Positions 52,751 to 62,410 of a DNA stretch of 64,000 nt are shown here, in pieces (position 1 is the stretch's first letter; each line of letters starts with the position of its first letter). The notes under the pieces are model-generated. The model had not been told where the DNA came from, did no database searches, and saw only the letters and a list, made by a program, of their open reading frames with translations. This DNA is from Candidatus Methanoperedenaceae archaeon. GTDB lineage: Archaea; Halobacteriota; Methanosarcinia; Methanosarcinales; Methanoperedenaceae. The stretch spans positions 32,001 through 96,000 of the forward strand of contig CAVWCX010000023.1 in assembly GCA_963753595.1 (NCBI GenBank). The letters run 5' to 3'. The translations under genes and the position numbers were made by a program.

Positions 52751-52825
52751 GGGCCTGTAGCTTAGTCAGGTTTGAGCGCCCGGCTCATAACCGGGCGGTC
52801 ACCGGTTCAAATCCGGTCAGGCCCA
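52751..52825 (+). tRNA. tRNA with CAT anticodon, most likely tRNA-Ile2
   Basis: GGGCCTG/CAGGCCC acceptor, A discriminator, CCCGG-CTCATAA-CCGGG; GGGCC acceptor is typical of archaeal Ile tRNAs. Confidence 0.9.
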
Positions 52826-52897
52826 CTAGATATTTTATTTAATGAATACTCCAAAGTAATCCAGGTTGAAAAAAAAAGATTCTAAACCGCAATTCTA

Positions 52898-53503
52898 TTA
52901 TTTTTTTCGTAATACTAACATTGCAATGGCAAAAGCAGCAAGAATTGCCTCAAAGCCCGAAGTTTTCTGAGCTTGTGTTGAGGATTGGGTTGATGATTGG
53001 GTTGCAGAGGATTCTGATTGAGTTGAACCGGATGTTGAAGGCGGTTCAACTTTTACTTTTAAATTCATTTCCACCTGGTCAAGAGGCGATCCGCCTCCTT
53101 TTGGCACATCTGTATTATCTAATACCAGATGATAATCTCCTGCGTCCTGGAATGTATATGTGTACTTTATAACTCTTTCACTTATTATAGAACCATCAGG
53201 AATATAGTTGATATTTCCCCTTTGTGCAATGGCATTCTTATAATTCTCAAAATCGGCTGGTTTCATTAACAAAACATCAATATCATTGCCAGTCGCAACC
53301 TGTATTTCAACATTGAGTATAGATCCAGCTTCTATTTCCTCAAGGAAGACATCATTATATTTGTTTAGATTTATTAAAACTGTTTTATCGATATTTATTG
53401 TTTTCGCAGATGAGATGCCGCTTAATGTAATCAATAACAAAAAAGCTATTCCTGTGTATATCAGATATCTCCGATAACCTTTCATTTCTTTTTTTCCGGT
53501 CAT
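52898..53503 (-). CDS. Cell-surface protein with PGF-CTERM-like sorting signal
   Basis: Signal peptide, Ser/Thr/Gln linker, TSGFEAILAAFAIAMLVLRKK. Confidence 0.75.
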   Translation of the reverse strand: MTGKKEMKGYRRYLIYTGIAFLLLITLSGISSAKTINIDKTVLINLNKYNDVFLEEIEAGSILNVEIQVATGNDIDVLLMKPADFENYKNAIAQRGNINYIPDGSIISERVIKYTYTFQDAGDYHLVLDNTDVPKGGGSPLDQVEMNLKVKVEPPSTSGSTQSESSATQSSTQSSTQAQKTSGFEAILAAFAIAMLVLRKK

Positions 53504-53661
53504 AATTTATATCACCTGTTAAAAGTGTATGATAATTTATAGTGCTTCAGTTTATAAAAGTTTCCCTTTGCTTTATACCATTGGTTAAGTATATATCTTA
53601 ATACAGAAATAAAAAGTCATTAGATTGGAGTACAAGGAAAACATTTACAAGGAGATTTTTA

Positions 53662-54639
53662 ATGACACTTGATTCAAGAATATCAGAGCTGGCAAAAGCA
53701 GCTAAACCCACTGTAGCGATCATTGGTCTTGGAGGAGCAGGCTGCAACATAGTCTCATGGATAGCCCAAAAAGAGATTGCAGGAATTAAAATTATCGCGG
53801 CTGATACCGATGCCCCTCATTTATTAGAAGTGAAAGCCGATGTGAAGATCCTGATGGGAGAAGAGGCTTACCAGGGAAAGGGGTGCGGAGGTTATGCCGA
53901 AAGAGGTACAGAAGCGGCAAGACAGAGCATAAAAGAGATAAAAAAGGAACTTATTGGCTCAAGCCTGATATTCATTATCTCAGGGATGGGGGGAGGTACC
54001 GGCACGGGTGCTGCTCCAATAGTCGCAGAGGCAACACAGGAAGCAGGAATATTGACCATAGGCTGCGTCATGATGCCATTTTCTTATGAACTTTCAAGGC
54101 GAAAGAAAGCTATCATTGGAATAAAATCCCTTGCCGATAAATGTGATTCCCTTGTCGTGATCGATAATTCAAGGTTGAGGGATGTTGCGGGGACCCTGCC
54201 TTTACGAGAAGGTTTTGCCGTAGCGAACGAGTTCGTGGGTGCATTCATAAAGAATATTTCTGAAACTATAACTCATGCAAGTCTTGTGAACCTTGATTTT
54301 TCAGACCTTCGAAGCGTAGTTGAGCGCGGAGGAATATCAGCTGTCGGAATAGGGCAAGCGCAAGGTGAGGAACGAATACGGAAAGCAGTGGAACAGGCTC
54401 TCGCATCACCGCTTCTTGATGTATCTGATATTTCGGGTACCTATGGGGTACTTATTCATATTACCGGCGGCGAAGATATGACCCTTGGTGAAGTAACACA
54501 GGCAGGTGAGATCATTCTCCAGAAAGCGCCAAATACAGGCCGCATCGTATGGGGCGCAAAAATTGATGAATCCCTGGAAGGAACCGTCAAGGTTACGGCA
54601 GTGCTGACAGGAGTTCTTGACCCCAAGAAACTTGTATGA
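53662..54639 (+). CDS. ftsZ: FtsZ paralog lacking the C-terminal tail
   Basis: GLGGAGCN, GMGGGTGTG, IDNSRL, T7 NLDFSD; ends 7 aa after VLTG. Confidence 0.88.
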   Translation: MTLDSRISELAKAAKPTVAIIGLGGAGCNIVSWIAQKEIAGIKIIAADTDAPHLLEVKADVKILMGEEAYQGKGCGGYAERGTEAARQSIKEIKKELIGSSLIFIISGMGGGTGTGAAPIVAEATQEAGILTIGCVMMPFSYELSRRKKAIIGIKSLADKCDSLVVIDNSRLRDVAGTLPLREGFAVANEFVGAFIKNISETITHASLVNLDFSDLRSVVERGGISAVGIGQAQGEERIRKAVEQALASPLLDVSDISGTYGVLIHITGGEDMTLGEVTQAGEIILQKAPNTGRIVWGAKIDESLEGTVKVTAVLTGVLDPKKLV

Positions 54640-55651
54640 CCTGCAATACAAACTTTTTTTAAGACATATCAACAGTTTGAATCCTATGTTCCTGGCTTTG
54701 AAAGACCGCGTTGATAACCTGTGCGATTATACATACAATTTCACATGGCAGAACAATAAAATACGCCCCGGAAGCATCATCCCTTCCCAGGCGGGTTCGA
54801 ATTACACATTTTCCGACCTGGTGGATGAATTGAAAATGGGAAAAGAGGTGCATATTTCAGGTAATGCAGGTAAAGGCCTGGGTTACAGCATGGGAGTAAA
54901 TCTCAAGCATTTTGGAGGGACAGGAGCTATTGAAAATGCAGGAAAACTCTTCATCGATGGGGATGTCTCATCAGAAATGGGGATGGGTATGGTTTCAGGA
55001 ACCATATATGTTAAAGGAAATGTAGAGCAGCCGCTTGGAAATGTGATAGAGGTAGTATCTGATGAAGCAGGTTACAGGAAGTTTCGGTCTATAACAGATA
55101 TCCTGTGCAAAGGAACAGGAAAAGATGTGATTATTAAGAATAATTATGATGAGCGAAAAAAACATTTGCTCCTCGATGACGGCATCCTTCGCGGTACAAT
55201 AGCCTCAAGATGCAATTGCGAGGCTGTAGTCATAGTTGAGGGGGATGTTTACAACGGAACAGGACTTTTGATGCAAAAAGGCAAGATCCAGGTCACAGGA
55301 GATGCAGGCATGAACACCGGTGCGCATCTTGATGGAGGGCTAATAATCGTGGAGGGAACCGCAGGTGAATTTGCAGGCGCATATATGAAGAAGGGCACAC
55401 TCATTTTAAATGATGCGAAAGGATACGCTGGCGCCAATATGAAGGATGGAGTGATCTTATCAAAGAAAAAAGTAAGTGTCTCGCCTCCTGTTGAAGAACT
55501 TAACATGGCGCAGGAAGAGGCTAACCTGATAATGAAACACCTGGGTCTCGGTCACGTCGAAGCTATGAGTTATCATAAATACGGGATAGTGAAGGAGAGA
55601 CTCATCAGGATGAGGGATGGGTCGGTCGTTGTGAGAAAAGTTGGGGAGTAA
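54617..55651 (+). CDS. GXGXG beta-helix protein (FwdC/GltB C-terminal-like); start uncertain
   Basis: Repeats ISGNAG..LG, IDGDV..MG.GM..G.I.V.G, V.G.AG..AG..M..G. Confidence 0.75.
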   Translation: MTPRNLYDLQYKLFLRHINSLNPMFLALKDRVDNLCDYTYNFTWQNNKIRPGSIIPSQAGSNYTFSDLVDELKMGKEVHISGNAGKGLGYSMGVNLKHFGGTGAIENAGKLFIDGDVSSEMGMGMVSGTIYVKGNVEQPLGNVIEVVSDEAGYRKFRSITDILCKGTGKDVIIKNNYDERKKHLLLDDGILRGTIASRCNCEAVVIVEGDVYNGTGLLMQKGKIQVTGDAGMNTGAHLDGGLIIVEGTAGEFAGAYMKKGTLILNDAKGYAGANMKDGVILSKKKVSVSPPVEELNMAQEEANLIMKHLGLGHVEAMSYHKYGIVKERLIRMRDGSVVVRKVGE

Positions 55652-55738
55652 GGCAGTGCCACATCGTTAAATTTATATATTGTCACTTCCATGTCAGTGT
55701 GTCACATACTAACATAACATTGATTAAAGGTGAACATA

Positions 55739-56536
55739 ATGTCAGAAATTGGTAAGAAAATAAGACTTGAACGGATCATGGACAGGGAAAGCAGGAACAT
55801 GGTTATAATTCCTATGGACCATGGGATTTCCATGGGGCCGATAACTGGAATTGTAAATCTTGCAGAAATGGTGAATAAAGTTGCGGATGGCGGCGCAAAC
55901 GCGGTTCTCCTGCAAAAAGGGATGGCAAAACACGGCCACCGCGGCTATGGAAGGGATATCGGACTTATAATACATATGAGCGCATCCACAGCGCTTGGAC
56001 CTGATCCCAATGACAAAGTGATGGTATGCACTGTTGAAGAAGCTATCAAAATGGGAGCGGATGCCGTGAGCATACACGTTAATATCGGTTCAGGGACAGA
56101 AGCAAAACAACTCAAGGAAATGGGCGATGTTGCAGAACAATGCGACACATGGGGAATTCCCCTCATCGCGATGATGTATCCGCGCGGGAAGGACATAAAG
56201 AATTCAAATGATGCAGAACTTGTCGCCCATGTGGCAAGAGTAGGGGCGGAATTGGGCGCAGATATCATAAAAACAAATTTTACAGGAGATATTGACAGCT
56301 TCAGGTCTGTTGTGGAAGGCTGTCCTGTGCCTGTCGTTATGGCAGGAGGCCCGAAGGCCAATACCGATGAGGAATTCCTCATAATGGTTCGCGCTGCGAT
56401 AGATGCAGGCGGACGCGGCGTTGCAATTGGCCGCAATGTATTCCAGCATGAGAATCCAACAGCCATGACGCGTGCACTGACGCTTGTCGTGCATAAGGGC
56501 CTGAGCGTGGAAGATGCCATGGAGGCTTTGCGGTGA
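55739..56536 (+). CDS. aroA': 2-amino-3,7-dideoxy-D-threo-hept-6-ulosonate synthase (AroA')
   Basis: [36 protein letters not shown]; coupled to DHQ synthase II. Confidence 0.9.
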   Translation: MSEIGKKIRLERIMDRESRNMVIIPMDHGISMGPITGIVNLAEMVNKVADGGANAVLLQKGMAKHGHRGYGRDIGLIIHMSASTALGPDPNDKVMVCTVEEAIKMGADAVSIHVNIGSGTEAKQLKEMGDVAEQCDTWGIPLIAMMYPRGKDIKNSNDAELVAHVARVGAELGADIIKTNFTGDIDSFRSVVEGCPVPVVMAGGPKANTDEEFLIMVRAAIDAGGRGVAIGRNVFQHENPTAMTRALTLVVHKGLSVEDAMEALR

Positions 56537-57663
56537 AAAAAGCCAAATCAGTATGGATAAAAGCAGACGCAAGTTCCTGGGAAGAAAATAAGCCGCTTGT
56601 CACCACCGGCCTTGAATCCGGGGCTGACACTGTATTTTTAAATGCAGATGATATTCCAAAAGTCAGGGAACTGGGAAATATCAAGATAGCTGCCCCGTCT
56701 GAAGACGCTGACATAGTGGTTGTTGGCAAAGATAGCGAAGGCGATGGAACGACCAAACTCCCGGACTTTGCAAACTCAGCGGATATCGCGAAAGCGCAGC
56801 ATTTGACAAGGGAAGGCAAAACCGTTGCAGGCTATGTAGTTATCAAGAATAAGAAATATGAGCAATTTGCGGTGGAACTTGGGAAATCATGCGATTACCT
56901 GGTCGTGATCGGAACTGACTGGAAGGTCATCCCGCTTGAAAACCTGATCGCAGGTTTGCAGACGCTTGATGTTGAGATTATTGCAGGGGTCAGGAATGCA
57001 GAGGAGGCAAAACTTGCACTTGAAACACTCGAGCACGGCTCAGATGGCGTGCTTCTTGATACCGATAATCTTTCCGAGATAAAGAAAGTTGCTGCTGTCA
57101 GGGACAGGTCAGGAATGGAAAATATCCCTCTCGTTAAGGCCACTGTTACCAAAGTGAAACCCGTCGGAATGGGCGACAGGGTATGTGTGGATACAGCTTC
57201 GCTGATGGTACTGGGTGAAGGAATGCTCATTGGTTCGCAAAGCAACGGATTGTTCCTTGTGCATTCTGAATCCGAAGAAAGCCCGTATGTAGCCGCGCGC
57301 CCGTTCAGGGTAAACGCAGGAGCTGTGCATGCTTATATCAGGGTCGGTGAAAAAACCCGCTACCTCTCGGAACTTGCATCGGGTGATGATGTCCTGGTAG
57401 TGGATTCGCAAGGCGAAACCCGTCCCGCAGTTGTCGGGAGAGTAAAAATAGAGCGCCGTCCCCTGATGCTTGTAGAAGCAGAGGTTGAAGGAACACGGAT
57501 AAAGACTCTACTCCAAAATGCAGAGACCATAAAGCTTGTAGGAAGCGACGGGAAGCCTGTGCCTGTGACCGCACTAAAGGAAGGGGATGAGGTGATGGTG
57601 TATTTTGAGGCGACTGCGAGGCATTTCGGGATAAAGATAGAGGAGACGATCATTGAGAAGTAA
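56533..57663 (+). CDS. aroB': 3-dehydroquinate synthase II (AroB')
   Basis: [45 protein letters not shown]. Confidence 0.93.
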   Translation: MKKAKSVWIKADASSWEENKPLVTTGLESGADTVFLNADDIPKVRELGNIKIAAPSEDADIVVVGKDSEGDGTTKLPDFANSADIAKAQHLTREGKTVAGYVVIKNKKYEQFAVELGKSCDYLVVIGTDWKVIPLENLIAGLQTLDVEIIAGVRNAEEAKLALETLEHGSDGVLLDTDNLSEIKKVAAVRDRSGMENIPLVKATVTKVKPVGMGDRVCVDTASLMVLGEGMLIGSQSNGLFLVHSESEESPYVAARPFRVNAGAVHAYIRVGEKTRYLSELASGDDVLVVDSQGETRPAVVGRVKIERRPLMLVEAEVEGTRIKTLLQNAETIKLVGSDGKPVPVTALKEGDEVMVYFEATARHFGIKIEETIIEK

Positions 57664-57717
57664 AATGTGAGACTAGAAAGGGATTCGAATGTGGGAACTC
57701 ACAGAAAAAGGAAATTT

Positions 57718-57850
57718 AAGACAGGATAAACAGGATCGACAGGATACGAGCCAATTGCATAAATCCTGTTCATCCTGTAAATCCTGTCAAAAAAATTGAG
57801 GGGAGTAAGGAATATCGATCATGACCACAGTAATCATCGGCGGCGGCCTT
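57718..57850 (+). repeat. 133-bp direct repeat copy 1: ACAGGAT palindrome plus truncated oxidoreductase 5' end
   Basis: Matches 58891-59023; 3x ACAGGAT, 3x ATCCTGT, then ATG ACC ACA GTA ATC ATC GGC GGC GGC CTT. Confidence 0.9.
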
Positions 57851-58060
57851 ACCACTACCTACAAGTGCTCTCAGGCAGTAGCTTTATTGAATCCATTCAA
57901 ACTGATGCCTATGAAAATTAGGTAGTATCCTAAAAAACATGACCTAATTTTTTGTGAGACTTCATAAATCGGGCGCAGAAATGACCGCATGATATGGAAT
58001 TGTCTGAGTTTTGTGCGTGGTTGTTTTGAGTGATGAAGTAGTTTTCATAAAATCGAAAAG

Positions 58061-58282
58061 GGAACGCGGATGCCGCGGATTGCGCGGATACGCGCAGATT
58101 TGGGATTTCTGACCCAAATCTTTCGTTTCTAAAAAGTAATATTTCATATGGAATCAACCACAGAGTACACAGAGATCTCAGAGCTTTGCCATTTTTCTCT
58201 GTGTCCTCTGTGCGCTCTGTGGTTTTAAAACCAGATCGATCGCATCCGTGTGCATCCGCGTCATCCGCGCAATCCGTGTTCC
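58061..58282. repeat. Nested 9-nt-period palindromic (REP-like) elements
   Basis: Outer (CGCGGAT)n...(ATCCGYG)n; inner (CACAGAG)n...(CTCTGTG)n at 58156-58224; hairpin AGATTTGGG/CCCAAATCT. Confidence 0.85.
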
Positions 58283-58316
58283 ATGTCGTTTGCACCTGGA
58301 ATTCACGCACATGTTA

Positions 58317-58706
58317 CTACAGTTGTGTGCTAACCTTTTCCACCGTAATAACCAGTGCCCCTCTTGCCCAGGGAAATTTCGATTTTGCCATATCAGCGAA
58401 TTTTCCTGAAGTTTGAATTTCACCCCTTCCAGAGATGCTACATCCCTGTCCAGGGTGGCCATTGGTCCCTTTGACTTGCTTTGTAGCAATCAGCAATTCC
58501 ACCCGGTTATTCTTCTTCAGATTCTCCTCGGTTATATGATAATATCCGGCTGGAATAACGATTATTCCGCTATCATTAATGCCTAATGCCTTCACATAAC
58601 CTCCCCATGTCCCCACTATATGTGGGCCGCTATCACCACAGGTTGCAATAGCAACCCATTCGGTTTTATCTATAACTTCTTTGCATATCCCTTCTATTTT
58701 TACCAT
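58317..58706 (-). CDS. FMN-binding split-barrel (PNPOx-like) protein
   Basis: WVAIATCG..GPHIVGTW, IPAG..H.TEENL..N.RVELL, GQGC.I.G; GGAGG SD. Confidence 0.8.
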   Translation of the reverse strand: MVKIEGICKEVIDKTEWVAIATCGDSGPHIVGTWGGYVKALGINDSGIIVIPAGYYHITEENLKKNNRVELLIATKQVKGTNGHPGQGCSISGRGEIQTSGKFADMAKSKFPWARGALVITVEKVSTQL

Positions 58707-58890
58707 ATCCGTTCCTCCATTGGATTAGATATATAATTTCAATACTCCCTTAATTACATCACGCTTATGTTATTTAAATTATTGTAGCAGACAATAAACC
58801 TTACGAAAAGTACAGTTTAAAGATTGAAAGAATTAATAAGGTTACAGGAAAACAAAGAAAAAAGAGCAATAAAAAGCTTCAAAGATTGAA

Positions 58891-59023
58891 AAGACAGGAT
58901 AAACAGGATCGACAGGATACGAGCCAATTGCATAAATCCTGTTCATCCTGTAAATCCTGTCAAAAAAATTGAGGGAATTAAGGACTAACAATCATGACCA
59001 CAATAATCATCGGCGGCGGCCTT
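58891..59023 (+). repeat. 133-bp direct repeat copy 2
   Basis: Includes the functional start of 58994-60265. Confidence 0.9.
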
Positions 59024-60265
59024 GCAGGTCTTGCTGCAGCATACAAACTTGCAGGTAAGGACGAAATAATCCTCATCGAAAAAGAACCTGAACTAGGAGG
59101 CATGGCATCAAGTTACAAGATCGCTGGCTACCACATTGAAAAATACTACCATCATATTTTTGCTAGCGATAATGAACTCATTTCATTGATAGAAGAACTC
59201 GGCATCGGGGCCCGGCTTGAATGGCTAAAAGGCACGACTGGATATTATTTTGATGGTAAAATATACCCGATGAACACTCCCATTGAGATCTTAAAGGCTT
59301 TGCCGCTCATGGATGTTATCCGATTGACATTCCTTGTGCTAAAAGCCAAATCCATAAAAGACAGGACTCCCTTTGATGAGATCACTGCAAAAAAATGGAT
59401 CATAGATACAGCGGGTGAATCTGTTTACAATAATTTCTTCCTCCCCCTCCTCCAGAGCAAATTCGGTGACAATTTAGAAAAAGTGTCGGCAGCATGGCTT
59501 CTGGGGCGTGTGCAAATTCGCTCCAACAGGGGAACAAAAGGAGAGCGATTGGGTTACATGCGCGGGGGATTTGAAGCGCTGCTTGAGAAAATGGTGGAAA
59601 GTATCCGAAAAAGGGGAGGAATTATAAAACAGGGGAATGTATCGCGTATTGAGACCGCTGGAGATTCAATAAAGGGCGTTATTGTGGAAGAGGATCTTAT
59701 CGAGTGCGACAGGATTATTTCAACCGTTGCTCCTCATGTACTTGAAAAAATAATGGAAACAAGGCTCCTTGGGCTTGATATGAACATCAGCTACCAGGGT
59801 ACTGCATGCGCGCTTTTCGGATTAAAGGAAAAGGTCATGGATGATATTTACTGGCTCAACATAAAAGAGGACGTTCCATTTGGCGCGGCCATAGAACATA
59901 CTAACTTTATTCCTGAATCTGATTACGGAGAGAGACTCATGTATGTAACAACATATTTCCAGGATCAGGAAAGTATATTGTGGAAATCAAATGATGAAGA
60001 GGTCATCGAATTATACATGAAGGGTCTTGAAAAATTGTTCCCCGGATTCCTGGAAAAGGTAAAATGGTGGCGCCTTCGAAGGGATATGGATACGGCGCCT
60101 GTTTATGAGGTTGGATATGGAAAAAAAGTCCTGCCATATGAAACTAAAATAAAAGGGCTTTACCTGGCCGGTATGTTCTCGGATTCAAACTACCCCGAAA
60201 GGAGCATGAACGGCTCGATATTGGCAGGATTCAAGTGCGCTGAAGCGATTTTAAACCGGGGCTAA
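58994..60265 (+). CDS. FAD-dependent oxidoreductase (protoporphyrinogen oxidase/amine oxidase-like)
   Basis: IIGGGLAGLAAA, E..LGG, EKYYHHIF, YPERSMNGS. Confidence 0.85.
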   Translation: MTTIIIGGGLAGLAAAYKLAGKDEIILIEKEPELGGMASSYKIAGYHIEKYYHHIFASDNELISLIEELGIGARLEWLKGTTGYYFDGKIYPMNTPIEILKALPLMDVIRLTFLVLKAKSIKDRTPFDEITAKKWIIDTAGESVYNNFFLPLLQSKFGDNLEKVSAAWLLGRVQIRSNRGTKGERLGYMRGGFEALLEKMVESIRKRGGIIKQGNVSRIETAGDSIKGVIVEEDLIECDRIISTVAPHVLEKIMETRLLGLDMNISYQGTACALFGLKEKVMDDIYWLNIKEDVPFGAAIEHTNFIPESDYGERLMYVTTYFQDQESILWKSNDEEVIELYMKGLEKLFPGFLEKVKWWRLRRDMDTAPVYEVGYGKKVLPYETKIKGLYLAGMFSDSNYPERSMNGSILAGFKCAEAILNRG

Positions 60266-60291
60266 GGGACATAAATATAAGGATAAATTAC

Positions 60292-61215
60292 ATGCATGAA
60301 ACAAATCATTCTAATAAAAAAATTAATTTCTTCATCACTTCGGACACTTTCCCTTCCATATCTGTCACGGGAAGTTCATGTTCGCTTATGTGCCAACATT
60401 GCAAGGGCAAATTACTGGAGAGCCTGATCCCTGCAACCACAAGCGAAGAGCTTGAAAAGAAAGCTCTGGCGCTTCACAGGTCAGGTGCAAAAGGAATTCT
60501 CCTGACCGGCGGCTGTGATGAGCGGGGGCGCGTGCCAATAAAAAGTTTAATACCGGCAATAAAAAAACTAAAGGGAACAACTGACCTTATCCTTATCGCG
60601 CATACCGGTTTCATATCCAGGAAAGAAGCAGGAGCATTAAAAGACTCAGGCCTTGATGGTATCGGTTTTGATGTAATGGGCGACATGACTTCTGTATCGG
60701 ATATTTACGGGCTTCATATATCCGAAGAAGAATATCTGGACAGCCTCCAGGCAATTTCAGATTCAGGACTATGCATCTTTCCCCATGTTTGCGTGGGCAT
60801 ACATTTCGGGAAATTGAGCGGGGAATACCGCGCCCTTGAAATGATCCGCTCGATAACGCCCACAACAGTAATTATAACCGGATTGATGCCAGTTGCAGGG
60901 ACGCCGATGGAGCATATGAAGCCAGATCCATTAGATTTTGAAAAGATCATAAAAAAAGCGATCGTTATGTTCCCTGATATTCCAGTCATATTAGGATGCG
61001 CCCATTCAAGCGGAAAAGACAGGGCTGATATTGAAAAGATGGCGCTTCTTTGCGGTGTGCCAGGCATTGCAGCGCCCACTGTGAGTACTATTAAGTTCGC
61101 AAAGGAAAATGGATACCAGATAAATTATTATGGCACATGTTGCGGCTTAATTCCGGATGAAAAAATGAAGATAAATTATCCGGTCTTTCCTCCAAGCCTC
61201 AAGGAGGCCTGGTAA
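60292..61215 (+). CDS. Radical SAM protein (BioB-like, resembles LipS1-type)
   Basis: SISVTG..CSLMCQHC, LLTGGCD, PHVCVG, LGCA, terminal CC. Confidence 0.8.
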   Translation: MHETNHSNKKINFFITSDTFPSISVTGSSCSLMCQHCKGKLLESLIPATTSEELEKKALALHRSGAKGILLTGGCDERGRVPIKSLIPAIKKLKGTTDLILIAHTGFISRKEAGALKDSGLDGIGFDVMGDMTSVSDIYGLHISEEEYLDSLQAISDSGLCIFPHVCVGIHFGKLSGEYRALEMIRSITPTTVIITGLMPVAGTPMEHMKPDPLDFEKIIKKAIVMFPDIPVILGCAHSSGKDRADIEKMALLCGVPGIAAPTVSTIKFAKENGYQINYYGTCCGLIPDEKMKINYPVFPPSLKEAW

Positions 61216-62378
61216 TATACCCAGATTATGTGAGATTTCAAGAAATAATAAACCTCTGAAGATATACCGGTACTTCTAAGATTCTTTATCAGGTCGGGAA
61301 TATCAAGTTCAAGAGGGCAGTTTTCCATGCATTTCCCACAGCCAAGGCACAGCTCCAGTTTCTCATTCGGTTCATTAGAATATGCCGAATAATAAGCTAA
61401 TCCCTTCCCCCCCAGGTAGCTATCTATTGCGTACTCATTCCCGATAGTATTATACATGGGACAATGCAACAAACAATTCCCGCATCCTATGCATTTAAGA
61501 AGTTCCCTGAATCCTTTCTTTGCAAGGTCGCTCCTTCTATTATCTACCAGCACAACAACGACCTCAGATGGATTATGAACCCCCTTAATGAATTTCTTTT
61601 CCACATCTGCTGTCTTGCTGACACTGGTTATTATATCCACAAATGAAGGGATTACCGCACCTGTGGCATTAAAACACAGTATCTTTATCATATTTATAGC
61701 AGATTCAATATCAGGATATATCTTGTCAATTGAAGTCACTACAATATGTTTTTGTTTTCTTTTGACCTCATCGATATTCCCTTCGTTATGTGTAATGATA
61801 ATAGAGCCTTCCTCGGCAGTGATGGCATTGGCCCCCGTAATTCCGATTTTTGCCTTATCCAGGCTGGAAACGATATCCTCTTTTACTATTCTCACGATAT
61901 CTTCAGGTGTTTCTGTAACTGGTACATCATAATATTTTGAGATCCCTTTTGCAATTTGTTTTGCGGAAAGGTGTGTCACAGGACCCGTGGGGTGCGAAGG
62001 TTTTGCATGCAATATCTGTAAGATCCTGTCCCCGATATCTGTTTCTACAACAGTCGCCCCGTTTTTTTCAAGAAATTTTGTTAATTCAAGTTCCTTGGTT
62101 ACATTGGATTTAGATTTTACTATGAAATTTTCCTTCCCGATCTCATTCAATATTATATCAAGCGCTTCCTGCTTTTCCCTGGCAAGATAGACCTTTATTC
62201 CGTTTTTCCTTAACTTTCCGATAGCCTGTTCAAGAAGCGCTTCATTCCCCACACAAAGTTCTCTTGATGAAATAAGCCTCTTTGTTCTTTCAGAAAAGCC
62301 TTTTGACTCGTTAGAAGCCTGCCTTTCTTTAACTGAATCAAATGCTTTACGAAGGGCTCTGACTTCTTCATGGTTCAT
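61176..62378 (-). CDS. LUD-domain Fe-S protein (LutB-like)
   Basis: VKSKS, ETDIGD, GITGAN, NEGN, KTADVE, CIGCGNCLLHCP, CLGCGKCMENCP. Confidence 0.85.
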   Translation of the reverse strand: MNHEEVRALRKAFDSVKERQASNESKGFSERTKRLISSRELCVGNEALLEQAIGKLRKNGIKVYLAREKQEALDIILNEIGKENFIVKSKSNVTKELELTKFLEKNGATVVETDIGDRILQILHAKPSHPTGPVTHLSAKQIAKGISKYYDVPVTETPEDIVRIVKEDIVSSLDKAKIGITGANAITAEEGSIIITHNEGNIDEVKRKQKHIVVTSIDKIYPDIESAINMIKILCFNATGAVIPSFVDIITSVSKTADVEKKFIKGVHNPSEVVVVLVDNRRSDLAKKGFRELLKCIGCGNCLLHCPMYNTIGNEYAIDSYLGGKGLAYYSAYSNEPNEKLELCLGCGKCMENCPLELDIPDLIKNLRSTGISSEVYYFLKSHIIWVYYQASLRLGGKTG

Positions 62379-62410
62379 GATGTTTTTTAATAACTAAAAC
62401 GTGTTTTATA

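Noticed and set aside
57930-58489. ORFs 57930-58310, 57962-58147, 58178-58489 and 58186-58416
   Set aside because: Open frames produced by 9-nt-period repeats; no protein-like features
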